The position numbers and the translations under genes are program-made. The notes under the pieces were generated by a model. That model ran no database searches and had not been told where the DNA came from. It saw only the letters and a program-made list of their open reading frames with translations. From Candidatus Marinacidobacterales bacterium (GTDB lineage: Bacteria; Acidobacteriota; Vicinamibacteria; Marinacidobacterales; DATDRI01), in NCBI GenBank assembly GCA_965226495.1, contig OZ245365.1, forward strand, positions 5,408,001 to 5,472,000: DNA of 64,000 nt. The letters are read 5' to 3'. Shown in pieces: positions 19,842-29,724 of this stretch; within the stretch, counting starts at the first letter, position 1; every line of letters starts with the position of its first letter.

Positions 19842-20129
19842 ACGACGCGAAACCAGCTTACCCTGAACAGCGGATAAGGCACGCCGAACACAATGCACTT
19901 GGTCTCCCGATGTACTTACTAACTTCGAAGGGTGGATGATCTGAATGACTATAGCTTTGACCGTTATAGCTTGTCAAGATGGGCGTCTGGCTAGACCCAT
20001 AGCAGCAACTCCGTTTGGTGACGGCCCACAAGCGGCACCATTACATACTGACGCCGAGACGCGGAGCAATGACGCCAAACAGTCTCTAGGTGTTTGACCC
20101 TTCCTCTCACCACTAACTAGGATGATGTC

Positions 20130-20663
20130 ATGACCCAAACCCCGGAGGCAGTGCTGCGGGAGAGCTTCGGGCGGCGGGAGTTTCTCCGCCAGGGAGGGGG
20201 AGGCCTCATGCTGGCGCTCGGGGGAGTGCTTCCCGGATGCAGTAGAACTGGCGGAAGTCAAGGTGGCGGGGACACCTTTTCCAACTCCGAACGTCTTACC
20301 CTGGGTGCGATCTGCGAGCGCCTGCTGCCAGGCGGCGGACGGGCGCCGAGCGCCGGGGCGGTCGATGTCGCCGTAAAAATCGAGGACCTCGTGTCCGGGC
20401 TGGGTCCTCGGGCTGCTACCGACTTCAAGCGCCTGTTGTCACTTTTCGAATGGAGCCCCATTCTCTTCGAAGCAAGGCTCGGCCGATTCTCTACTCTCCC
20501 ACCCGAGACCCAGACCGAAATCATCCGCGGATGGGCCACGAGCCGGCTGGGGTTTCGCCGAACTGGCTTCGTCGCGATCAAACGCGTGGCTATGAGCGTC
20601 TATTACGTGCAGGAGGCAAGCTGGCCGGCCATCGGGTTCCCAGGACCCTGGTTGCAGTCATGA
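20130..20663 (+). CDS. Tat-exported gluconate 2-dehydrogenase subunit 3-like protein
   Basis: GRREFL Tat motif, LPGC possible lipobox, RFSTL, YY...WPAIGFPGP; overlaps the GMC gene start. Confidence 0.8.
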   Translation: MTQTPEAVLRESFGRREFLRQGGGGLMLALGGVLPGCSRTGGSQGGGDTFSNSERLTLGAICERLLPGGGRAPSAGAVDVAVKIEDLVSGLGPRAATDFKRLLSLFEWSPILFEARLGRFSTLPPETQTEIIRGWATSRLGFRRTGFVAIKRVAMSVYYVQEASWPAIGFPGPWLQS

Positions 20664-22211
20664 GCATCCATCCGAACGTCGTGGACACTTCCGAGGTTCG
20701 AGGCCTGCTCCGCGTCGAGGCGGAGGCGGTGGTCGTGGGATCTGGAGCCGGGGGTGCGGTCTCCGCCAAGGAGCTCGCCGAGGGTGGCGTGGCGGTCGCT
20801 CTTCTCGAAGAGGGTGCCTATCACCAGGCCGAAGACTTCAACCAGCGCGAAGCGGACATGTACCGCCGCCTCTATCGAGATCAAGGTGCCCAATCAACCC
20901 GGGATCTTTCCATCAACATCCTGCAAGGCCGATCGGTCGGCGGAAGCACGGTGATCAATAACTGTATTTGCTTCCGGACTCCGGAGCGAGTCCTGGCCAG
21001 ATGGCGTGACGAGTTCGGGCTGGTCGATCTGAGCTCCGACTCGCTCCGTCCTTACTTCGAGCGAGTCGAACGGACTTTGGGAGTGGTCCCCATCGTCTCC
21101 GCCGAAATCAACGAGAACAACCGTGTCCTGTTGGACGGTTGCGAACGGCTCGGATACCACGCCGCTACGTTTTCTCACAATCGGAGAGACTGTGTCGGTT
21201 GCGGGTACTGCATGCTCGGTTGTCCGTACGACAGGCATTACAGCGTAGACATGAACTACGTACCTCAGGCGCTAGACGCCGGTTGCCGGCTATACACGCG
21301 CTCCCGGGCGGAGGAGATCCTCATCGAAGGAGGCAAGTTAGTTGGTGTGGCCGGATCGGTGCTCGATCCGGTCTCGGGCCAGGTCCAGGCGCGAATAGCA
21401 GTCCGTGCGCCGATAGTCGTCATAGCTGCAGGGGCCATTCACACGCCTGCCCTTCTTCTAACCAATCGAGTCGGCAACCGCTCGGGCCAAGTTGGACAGA
21501 GCCTCGACGCTCCACCCCCTGGTCGCTTCCTTCGAGAAGTTCGACCGCGTGATCGACGGTTTCGTTGGCATCCCGCAATCCGCCTACTGTGACGAGTTCG
21601 AACAATTGGAGGACGGCTCGGACGGTTTCATCATTGAGGGAATCTTCGCCATGCCCGCCTTATTCGCCAGCGTCTCTCCTTCGTTCGGCCGAGAGCACTT
21701 CGACATCATGAGCAGCTACCGACATCTCGCCGGGATGTACGCCATGATCAAAGACCGGGGCCGGGGCACGGTCGGAATCGGCAACGAAGGGCGACCCATC
21801 ATCGACTACGATTTAGGAGAACACGAAAAAAAAGTGATCCGCAGAGGAATCAAGGAAACAGCTCGGATCTTCTTCGCCGCCGGCGCCCGATCCGTCACGA
21901 CCCTACGCTCCGTCCCTCAAACGCTTCGCGGTCCAGACGACCTCGAAAGCGTCGACGACCTGTCCTTGCACCCCAACGAGATGGCTCTCTTCTCCGCCCA
22001 CCCTCAGGGTTCTTGCCGTATGCATGCCGACGGTGAGCAAGGCCCGATCGACAGCTATGGCGAATCGCATGACGTCCCCAATCTCTTTGTAGCCGACGCT
22101 AGCACCTTTCCAACTTCTGTGGGTATCAATCCCCAGATCACGATAATGACCCTGGCAACCCGACAGGCGAACGAGATCCGGCGACGGCTGGGTCGAGCAC
22201 CGTTGGCATGA
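20660..22211 (+). pseudogene. GMC-family oxidoreductase with a +1 frameshift at about 21505
   Basis: VVVGSGAGG, GRSVGGST, CVGCGYCMLGC, AAGAIHTP in the first frame; HP..., SAHPQGSC, LFVADAS.FPT...NPQITIM in the next frame; removing one base from AGCCTCGACG restores VGQSLTLHP. Confidence 0.85.
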
Positions 22212-23425
22212 GCGGGATCGCGCTCTACGTCTTGGGAGGTATCAACCTTGGGATCGGCATCTACTCGTTGCTCTCCACTCTCAGCTACTACCGCTACGCG
22301 AAACGATCGCGGCGACAGAATTCGGAGGGCACCTATTGTCCCTCAGTGGCTCTCCTCGTCCCATGCTGCGGAGATGAGGAAGGTCTGGAAGAGAACCTCC
22401 GTGCTTTGATTCGCCAAGACTATGGGGAATTCAAGGTGATCTTCATCGTCGAGGACGTCTCCGATCCGGCGGTGCCTATCATCGAGCTTGTGCTCAGCTC
22501 CGAGAATCGATCGGGGGAGCTCGTTGTGGCCGGTCCCGCAGAGCGGCGCGGTCAGAAGATTCACAATCTCATAGCTGGCTTGGGACGGGCTGGAGACGCG
22601 GAGGTCTTCGCCTTTGCAGACTCGGACGGGCGACCCGACGGGTGTTGGCTCGCCCATTTGGTCTCGCCGCTCCGGGAACCGAAGGTAGGGGTCGCCTCGA
22701 GCTATCGTTTCTACCTCCCTGAACCGGGGTGCCTAGCTTCGGTGTTGCGCTCAACTTGGAATGCAGGGGTGTTGACACTCCTCGGCGATCACGATCGCAA
22801 CTTCGCTTGGGGGGGATCGATGGCGATCCGAAGGAAGATTTTTGAGAAGGCCAAGGTGGAAGATGCTTGGCGAGGAGCCCTTTCCGATGATTACGCTTTG
22901 ACGCACGCCGTGCGACGGGCTGGCTACTATGTGAAGTTCGTGCCTCGCGCTATCGTGGCCTCTCGCGGCCGCGTGAGGATGAGAGAGCTCCTTCGCTGGT
23001 GTGCCCGCCAGATGGCGATTACTCGGGTGTACTGGCCGAATCTCTGGCGCATTGGTGGAGGAAGCCAGGTGGCGTTCGTCGTCTTCCTTATTGGCGGAGG
23101 CATGGCCGCCGCCGCCGGGAGCGTCGAGGTTAGTGTCTTGTTGAGTGCGGTGCTCTTCCTCAGCTGGTTGAGCGGAGGGATTCGTGCCCGCGCAGTCCGG
23201 CTCTTGCTACCAGAATGGAGTTCCCAGCTCCGTCGATACGAGTGGGCCTATGTGCTGCTAGCACCGGTCGCAAGTTTCATCACCGTGTCCGGTTTTCTGA
23301 GCTCGGCTCTGTCGAAGCGCATCGAATGGCGCGGGAAAGTGTATGAAATGCTGTCGCCTAGCGACACGCTCGTTCTGGGCTCGGCCACGCCAAGCGTGGA
23401 GGCAAAGGTGCACAGGATAAGATAA
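22208..23425 (+). CDS. Membrane glycosyltransferase, GT2/GT21 (ceramide glucosyltransferase/HpnI-like)
   Basis: QKIHNL, FADSD, AWGGSMAI, LSDDY, RQ, IEWRG..Y. Confidence 0.85.
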   Translation: MSGIALYVLGGINLGIGIYSLLSTLSYYRYAKRSRRQNSEGTYCPSVALLVPCCGDEEGLEENLRALIRQDYGEFKVIFIVEDVSDPAVPIIELVLSSENRSGELVVAGPAERRGQKIHNLIAGLGRAGDAEVFAFADSDGRPDGCWLAHLVSPLREPKVGVASSYRFYLPEPGCLASVLRSTWNAGVLTLLGDHDRNFAWGGSMAIRRKIFEKAKVEDAWRGALSDDYALTHAVRRAGYYVKFVPRAIVASRGRVRMRELLRWCARQMAITRVYWPNLWRIGGGSQVAFVVFLIGGGMAAAAGSVEVSVLLSAVLFLSWLSGGIRARAVRLLLPEWSSQLRRYEWAYVLLAPVASFITVSGFLSSALSKRIEWRGKVYEMLSPSDTLVLGSATPSVEAKVHRIR

Positions 23426-23515
23426 GATCGCGTTCGCAGAAAGCGCGGGCCCGCAGGAAAGCTCCGGGAGTACCACGCGGCAAGGCACCAGGTGCTTTAT
23501 GCAAGAGGTCCTGTC

Positions 23516-24388
23516 ATGAAGCTCGAGAAGATTCTCGTTCCAACAGACTTTTCCGAGACCGCCGACCATGCCTTCAAACAGGCGGTTGCGTTGGCGGTCG
23601 CCCACCAGGCGAAGCTCCACGTCTTTCATAGCATTCTTCTCCACAGTGAAGACCCCGGTCATCTTCAAACCGTCCTGAAGGGTTACGCCGAGCACGTCGA
23701 AAAAGAGGCCCTCGACCTCCTTCAGAAGGCGTCCGGAGAGTTGGAAGGCAAAGGCTTACAAGCGGAGTTCTCCACGTCGCGCGCGGTATCGCCCTACGAA
23801 GCCATCGCCGAAAAAGTGGACGAGTTCGCGCCCGACCTGATCGTAATGGGAACCCACGGCAGGAGCGGAGTTGGAAAACTGCTCTTGGGTAGCGTGGCCG
23901 AAAAAGTATTGCGACATGCCCCATGCAATGTGTTGACGCTCAGGAAGGACGCCGCCATCGCTGGAGAATCGGATGGTCTGCAGCGGGTCTTGATACCGAT
24001 CGATTTTACAGACTTTTCGCGGCGAGCGTTAGAAACGGATCGCACTCTCGTCTCTGACAAAGGCTCTCTTACCGTGGTCCACGTGGTGGCGAGTCCCATC
24101 CATCCCTCTTTCTATGCGGGGGGAATCACCGAGTTCTTCCAGCTCGATCCGGAGTTGCCCAGTCGAATCAAGTCAAATTTGGAAGAGTGGTTGGGGGATC
24201 AACCCGGTGAGATCATCGTCACCGAGGGCGATGCGTCTACTGAGATTTTGAAGACTGCCGAGACGAGTCGTGCGGAGATCATCGTCATGGGAACGCGCGG
24301 ACTGAGCGGTTTAGATCACATACTCATGGGAAGCGTTACCGAACGGGTCGTCCAGACCTCCAAGGTTCCGGTTCTCACCACGAAGTAA
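23516..24388 (+). CDS. Tandem universal stress protein
   Basis: Two Usp domains: ILVPTDFS..MGTHGRSG..LGSVAEKV and LIPIDF..MGTRGLSG..MGSVTERV. Confidence 0.95.
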   Translation: MKLEKILVPTDFSETADHAFKQAVALAVAHQAKLHVFHSILLHSEDPGHLQTVLKGYAEHVEKEALDLLQKASGELEGKGLQAEFSTSRAVSPYEAIAEKVDEFAPDLIVMGTHGRSGVGKLLLGSVAEKVLRHAPCNVLTLRKDAAIAGESDGLQRVLIPIDFTDFSRRALETDRTLVSDKGSLTVVHVVASPIHPSFYAGGITEFFQLDPELPSRIKSNLEEWLGDQPGEIIVTEGDASTEILKTAETSRAEIIVMGTRGLSGLDHILMGSVTERVVQTSKVPVLTTK

Positions 24389-24519
24389 AACGAGCCGGAG
24401 GCTCCTCGGCCAGCGAGCCTTCAGCTGCCGCGGAGCCGCGAAGTCGGCGTAGCGGCTGGCGGCCGAACGAGGAGTGAGGACGCTACTAACTGCAGCCGGA
24501 AAAAAGTGGGGGACAAAAG

Positions 24520-25356
24520 TTGAACCAAGAAATTCTAAAAATTGGGCACAGCCCGGACCCTGATGACGCCTTCATGTTCTGTGCTCTGGCGCGCCGCGCC
24601 GTACGTATTCGGGACTACGCTATAGAGCACGTGATGGAAGACATTGAAACCTTGAACCAGAGGGCTCTCAACGGAGAGCTGGAAGTGACGGCCATCTCCG
24701 CACACGCCTACATATCTCTGGCGGACCGCTACTGGGTTCTCTCGACCGGAGCAAGTATGGGCGAGGGCTACGGGCCGGTCCTGGTTTCCAAGAAATCGAT
24801 TTCTGCACAAGAGCTCACCGGAAAACGAGTGGCCATTCCTGGAGAGAAAACCACCGCCGCGCTTCTTACGCGGATCTATCTGGGCGAATTCATACCTGTT
24901 GTTCGACCCTTCGACAAGATCTTCGAGACCATCGAATCTGGTGAGGCGGACGCCGGTGTTTTGATCCATGAGGGACAACTTACCTACGCCGCTATGGGCT
25001 ACGAAAAAGTACAAGACTTTGGAGAGAGATGGAACGAGGAGACCGGACTCCCGCTTCCGTTAGGCCTGGATGTGGTGCGGGCCGACTTGGGAAAAGAACT
25101 GGCGACAGAGATCAACGACGCCCTGCGTGCGAGCATCGAGTGGGCGTATGACAACGAGGAAGAAGCTCTCGATTACGCCCTTCAATTCGGACGAGGTTTG
25201 GAGCGAGAAATGGGACGGCGATTCGTCAAGATGTACGTGAGCGATCTCACTCGAGACATGGGAGAACGGGGCCGGCAAGCCCTAGCGACGCTTTTTCAGC
25301 GGGGGGTAGAGGCGGGAGCGATCACGGAAGCCCCGCAGTTGACGATGATTTCCTAG
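24520..25356 (+). CDS. mqnD: 1,4-dihydroxy-6-naphthoate synthase (futalosine menaquinone pathway)
   Basis: GHSPDPDDAFMF, DIETLN, SMGEGYGP, LIHEGQLTY, LPLPLG, MYV. Confidence 0.9.
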   Translation: MNQEILKIGHSPDPDDAFMFCALARRAVRIRDYAIEHVMEDIETLNQRALNGELEVTAISAHAYISLADRYWVLSTGASMGEGYGPVLVSKKSISAQELTGKRVAIPGEKTTAALLTRIYLGEFIPVVRPFDKIFETIESGEADAGVLIHEGQLTYAAMGYEKVQDFGERWNEETGLPLPLGLDVVRADLGKELATEINDALRASIEWAYDNEEEALDYALQFGRGLEREMGRRFVKMYVSDLTRDMGERGRQALATLFQRGVEAGAITEAPQLTMIS

Positions 25357-25384
25357 CGTCCTGCATCAGCAAACTCTTGACGCG

Positions 25385-26161
25385 TCAGCCGCGCGGCGGC
25401 CGGTTCAGTTGGTAGATGATCCGCAACCCCTCCAGGGTGAGTCGCGGATTCACAATGTCGATCTCTTTGACCCATTCCGAGACGACTTCCGCCATCCCGC
25501 CGGTGGCGATGACCTTCGGCTTTCCGCCGAGTTCCTTCTTCAGTCGACTCACCAGCTCTCTTATCAACCCTACATAGCCGAACACCAGCCCCGACTGCAT
25601 CGCGGCGACGGTGTTGCTCCCTATGACGCTACTGGGGGGGACCAATTCGACTTTCGGAAGCTTGGCCGTCCTTCGCACCAATGCGTCGGCAGATATCCCG
25701 AGACCCGGCGCGATGGCACCTCCCAAATACTCTCCCTTTTCCGAAACAGCATCGAAAGTGGTCGCGGTGCCCATATCGAGTACCACCGCCGGGCCACCAT
25801 AGAGCTTGTGCACAGCGGCTGTATTCGCAACACGGTCGCCGCCCGCCTCCGCCGGGTTATCGATGCGAATCTCGACCCCGGTCGCGACTCCTGGTCCGAT
25901 AACCAACGCCCGCTGCCCCAGATAGCGCTCTGCCAAATCCTGAAAAATCGACGTCATGGGTGGAACGACGCTGCTCATGATGACACCGCTTACGTCTTCG
26001 AAATCCAAGTCGGCGCTCGCCAAGAGGGATTTGAGTAGCACCGCGTACTCGTCGGTGAGGTAGTCGAGATGGGTGGTGACTCGCCAATCGGCTTCCCAAT
26101 GACTGTCGCGATAGACGCCAATGCCGGTTTTGGTATTGCCGATATCGAAGACCACCAGCAT
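25385..26161 (-). CDS. coaX: Type III pantothenate kinase
   Basis: DIGNT, SSVVP, GGDR, DMGTATTFD, YLGGAIAPG, ATGG. Confidence 0.96.
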   Translation of the reverse strand: MLVVFDIGNTKTGIGVYRDSHWEADWRVTTHLDYLTDEYAVLLKSLLASADLDFEDVSGVIMSSVVPPMTSIFQDLAERYLGQRALVIGPGVATGVEIRIDNPAEAGGDRVANTAAVHKLYGGPAVVLDMGTATTFDAVSEKGEYLGGAIAPGLGISADALVRRTAKLPKVELVPPSSVIGSNTVAAMQSGLVFGYVGLIRELVSRLKKELGGKPKVIATGGMAEVVSEWVKEIDIVNPRLTLEGLRIIYQLNRPPRG

Positions 26162-26336
26162 CGCGCCTTCTCCTGAGGATGAATTTGGTAGAGCATTCTA
26201 ACCCGGACCGGCCGCGAGCACCACCGGAGCTCGAATGGATGGCTCGCGGCTGACTTGCTATTGACTCGCCATTGACTCGATGGATACGCGAAGATAACCT
26301 GCCCGCGAATTCTTTGGAACTCGTGGAGGAAGAGCC

Positions 26337-27731
26337 GTGATAGAAGCCGACCGCTACGCGGAGCAGGAGAAAGGCCTCGAGCGCAAACTGAACGCGTGGC
26401 AACTCGCGATGATCGCGATGGGCGGGGCGATCGGAGTAGGTCTCTTCTTGGGAAGCGGGGCGACCATCGGATTGGCCGGCCCCGGCGTCATTTTGTCCTA
26501 CCTGATCGCAGCCATTCCCGCCGCGATCATGGGATTGGCACTCGCTGAGATGGCGAGTGTCTATCCGGTCGCAGGCTCCTTCGGCGTCTATGCAGACCGA
26601 TACTTGCACCCGTGGGCCGGTTTTGCACTTCGATTGAGCTACTGGTTCGCCCAGACACTCGCCATCGGTGCGTTGGTAACCGCCGGGGGTATCTACTTCG
26701 GCTATTGGTTTCCCTCCGTCCCAACCTGGATTTGGATTCTCACCGCGTCGCTGCTGCTGATCTCCGTCAATGCCGCGAGCGTTCGGTTGTTTGGCGCGAT
26801 CGAATCTCTTCTCTCCATGATCAAGGTTGGAGCCATTTTTGCCTTCATCCTGCTCGGGGGCGCGCTTATTTTCGGCCTCGGATCCCCTGGGCTGGGGTTC
26901 TCTAACCTCACGAGCCACGGTGGCTTCCTCCCCCACGGCTGGTCCGGTGTGTGGCTAGCTTTGACCCTAGTTACGACCAGCTATATCGGAGTCGAGGTGA
27001 TCGCGGTGACGGCGGGCGAGGCGAAGAATCCTGAGGCGTCTGTACCCAAGGCATTACTCGGCATGGTCATCGGGTTGGTCCTTTTGTATGGGGCGGCGAT
27101 CTTGGTCGTGGTAACGGTGACTCCTTGGCCAATCATTTCGGAGACCGGTGGAACTTTGAGCGGCAGTCCCTTCGTGAAAGTGTTTCACGAGATAGGGATT
27201 CCCTACGCGGGCGGGATCATGAACTTCGTAGTTCTCACCGCGGCACTTACGAGCGCCAACACCAACGTCTATCTATGCACCCGCATGTTGTTCTCGCTCT
27301 CCCGTGCCGGTTATGTACCTAAAACGATCGGCGTGGTCGACGATCGCGGAGTGCCACGCAAAGCGCTTCTCGTCTCGGCCACCGGAATGGCGATCGCCGT
27401 GATTCTCGCACTGCGCGGTCAGGCCGCGTTCCTACCTTTGTTCGGAACAGCGGTAGCCACTATGTTCTCCATCTGGATCGTCATTTTCGTGTGTCACATT
27501 CGCTTCCGCCGTGAACTGGATCCGAAAACTTTGGCTGGTTTGCGCCTAAAGATGCCGGCTCACCCGTTTCCCTCTGTCCTCGCCATCCTGTTTTTTGCCG
27601 CGCTGCTCGCGACGACTCCATTCATTCCCGGCCTCGAGTGGACGGTCCCTTTCTTTCTCGTTTGGCTCGGGATTCTAGCAGTGCTCTATCGAGCGATGCG
27701 CGGTGGAGCATCTTCGGCCAGTATAGAATAG
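26337..27731 (+). CDS. APC-family amino acid permease
   Basis: MIAMGGAIGVGLFLGSG, YIGVEVIAVTAGEAKNP, about 12 TM segments. Confidence 0.93.
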   Translation: MIEADRYAEQEKGLERKLNAWQLAMIAMGGAIGVGLFLGSGATIGLAGPGVILSYLIAAIPAAIMGLALAEMASVYPVAGSFGVYADRYLHPWAGFALRLSYWFAQTLAIGALVTAGGIYFGYWFPSVPTWIWILTASLLLISVNAASVRLFGAIESLLSMIKVGAIFAFILLGGALIFGLGSPGLGFSNLTSHGGFLPHGWSGVWLALTLVTTSYIGVEVIAVTAGEAKNPEASVPKALLGMVIGLVLLYGAAILVVVTVTPWPIISETGGTLSGSPFVKVFHEIGIPYAGGIMNFVVLTAALTSANTNVYLCTRMLFSLSRAGYVPKTIGVVDDRGVPRKALLVSATGMAIAVILALRGQAAFLPLFGTAVATMFSIWIVIFVCHIRFRRELDPKTLAGLRLKMPAHPFPSVLAILFFAALLATTPFIPGLEWTVPFFLVWLGILAVLYRAMRGGASSASIE

Positions 27732-27734
27732 GCC

Positions 27735-28712
27735 ATGGAATACTTCCCTCTCGGCCGGACCGGACTCAAGATCTCACGGCTCGGTCTAGGCTGCGGTAGC
27801 TTCGGTGGTCTCGGCTCGGATCCCAGGTTTTTCGGCATGGGGCAAAGCGAGGCCGAGGCGTTCGCGCTGATGGATAGTGCCGACGAAATGGGAATCAATT
27901 TCTTCGACACTGCCGACTCTTATGGCGGCGGTCGAAGTGAGTCGATCATCGGGAGATGGTTCAAGACGAAGTCGTCAGAAGTACGGCAGCAGATTCTGGT
28001 GAGCTCCAAAGTCTTCAACCCCATTGGCGACGGTCCCAACGATCGCGGCCTTTCCCGTCGGCACATCTTGCGTCAGGTGGACTCGAGCCTCAAGCGCCTC
28101 GGCGTCGAACGGTTGGACTTGTATCTAGCGCACGAGGTGGACGCTGAGACTCCGCTGGAAGAAACGCTGCGCGCCTTCGATGACGTCATTCGCCAAGGAA
28201 AGGCCCACTACATAGGTGCGAGCAACTGGGAGGCGTGGCGCCTGGCGCGAGCTCTTTGGGTCAGTGACAAGCTCGGCATAGCTAGCTTCTCTTGGATCCA
28301 AAACTCTTACAATCTGCTGGAACAAGAACTAGAGTACGAGATGCTGCCACTGTGCCATGACCAAGGACTGGGCTTCACCCCCTATAGCTCCCTCGGCGGT
28401 GGATGGCTCACCGGAAAATATGAAGCGGGCAAGAACTACCCCGCCGGCTCACGAATGACGATGCGTCCAGAACCCTATCAACACTTGATACAGGAGAAGA
28501 CCTTTCGAGGTGTCGGTGCCTTTCGCAAGGCGGCAACGTCTCGCGGTATCGACATGGCCACTCTGGCCTTCGCATGGGTTCTGAGTCACCCACAAACGAA
28601 CGCCGTCATCATCGGCCCCCGAAGGCCGGAGCATTTCGAGCTTGCTGAGAAGGCGCTCCGCATCCCCCTTACAGCGATCGAGCGCGCCGAACTAGCGGCA
28701 CTATTCAGGTAG
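27735..28712 (+). CDS. Aldo/keto reductase
   Basis: LGRTGLKIS, FFDTADSY, SLKRL...DLYLAH, IGASN, YSSLGGG.LTG. Confidence 0.94.
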   Translation: MEYFPLGRTGLKISRLGLGCGSFGGLGSDPRFFGMGQSEAEAFALMDSADEMGINFFDTADSYGGGRSESIIGRWFKTKSSEVRQQILVSSKVFNPIGDGPNDRGLSRRHILRQVDSSLKRLGVERLDLYLAHEVDAETPLEETLRAFDDVIRQGKAHYIGASNWEAWRLARALWVSDKLGIASFSWIQNSYNLLEQELEYEMLPLCHDQGLGFTPYSSLGGGWLTGKYEAGKNYPAGSRMTMRPEPYQHLIQEKTFRGVGAFRKAATSRGIDMATLAFAWVLSHPQTNAVIIGPRRPEHFELAEKALRIPLTAIERAELAALFR

Positions 28713-28722
28713 GTGAAGATTA

Positions 28723-29709
28723 ATGGATGTCATCGCGTTGAACCACGCCGAAGTCGAGAGGCTGTTGCCTATGGGGGAGTGTATCGAAGCGATGGAAAGC
28801 GCCTTGGCCGCGCTCGCCCGAGGTGAGGTCTACAACCCTCTCCGTTCGGTCGTCCGCGCTCCGGACGCCAAGGGCCTGATGGGTTTGATGCCCGCCTACC
28901 GGGGCGGCGACGAGGCTGCGTACGGTCTCAAAGCAGTTTGTGTCTACCCGGGAAACGCCGAGCGAGGGCTCGACCTGCATCAAGGTGCCGTCTTGCTCTT
29001 CAGCGCGGAGACCGGCGAGCTCCAGGCGGTCCTCAACGCGTCTGCAGTGACGGCCATTCGCACCGCCGCGGTCTCCGCGGTGGCGACAAAGTTACTAGCA
29101 CGCGAGGATGCACGTGAGCTCGCATTGGTCGGGGCAGGCATTCAAGCCAGGTCTCATCTCGAAGCCATGGCTGAGGTGCGAAACTTCCAAAGAGTACGGG
29201 TCGCCAGCCGCCGACCGGAAAGAGCACGCGAGTTCGCCGACTCGGTGCGAGGAAGTTTCCCCTTCACCATCGAGCCAGTATCCAGCAACGAACAAGCGGT
29301 TCGCGATGCGGATGTGATCACCACCGTGACCAGTGCACGGGAGCCGGTTATCAAAAGAGCCTGGATAGCACCGGGTACCCATATCAACGCCGTCGGATCG
29401 AGCACGCCGGAGTCCCGCGAGCTGGATACGGCGACGATCGCCGACTCGGCTCTTTTCGTTGATCGCCGCGAGTCCACCCTCAATGAAGCAGGGGAATATC
29501 GCTTGGCGGAAAAAGAAGGAGCGATCGGCCCCGATCACATCAGGGCAGAGCTCGGCGAGCTTCTAATCGGCGAGAAGACCGGCCGCTCGACGCCGGAAGA
29601 GATCACCCTCTTCCGTTCACTCGGGCTGGCCATTGAAGACTTAGTCGCCGCGCAGCACGCCTATCGTCGCGCCATAGAGACCGGAGCCGGCACGCGGATT
29701 CCTTTCTGA
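28723..29709 (+). CDS. Ornithine cyclodeaminase/mu-crystallin family (imine reductase-like)
   Basis: TAIRTAAVSAVAT, GAGIQA, HINAVG, FRSLGLAIED. Confidence 0.93.
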   Translation: MDVIALNHAEVERLLPMGECIEAMESALAALARGEVYNPLRSVVRAPDAKGLMGLMPAYRGGDEAAYGLKAVCVYPGNAERGLDLHQGAVLLFSAETGELQAVLNASAVTAIRTAAVSAVATKLLAREDARELALVGAGIQARSHLEAMAEVRNFQRVRVASRRPERAREFADSVRGSFPFTIEPVSSNEQAVRDADVITTVTSAREPVIKRAWIAPGTHINAVGSSTPESRELDTATIADSALFVDRRESTLNEAGEYRLAEKEGAIGPDHIRAELGELLIGEKTGRSTPEEITLFRSLGLAIEDLVAAQHAYRRAIETGAGTRIPF

Positions 29710-29724
29710 CGAGTCTCGCCCGAC

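Noticed and set aside
25857-26936. Long antisense or alternative-frame ORFs (e.g. 25857-26936, 59952-60953, 32227-33054)
   Set aside because: Shadows of well-supported genes in GC-rich DNA, with no motifs of their own.
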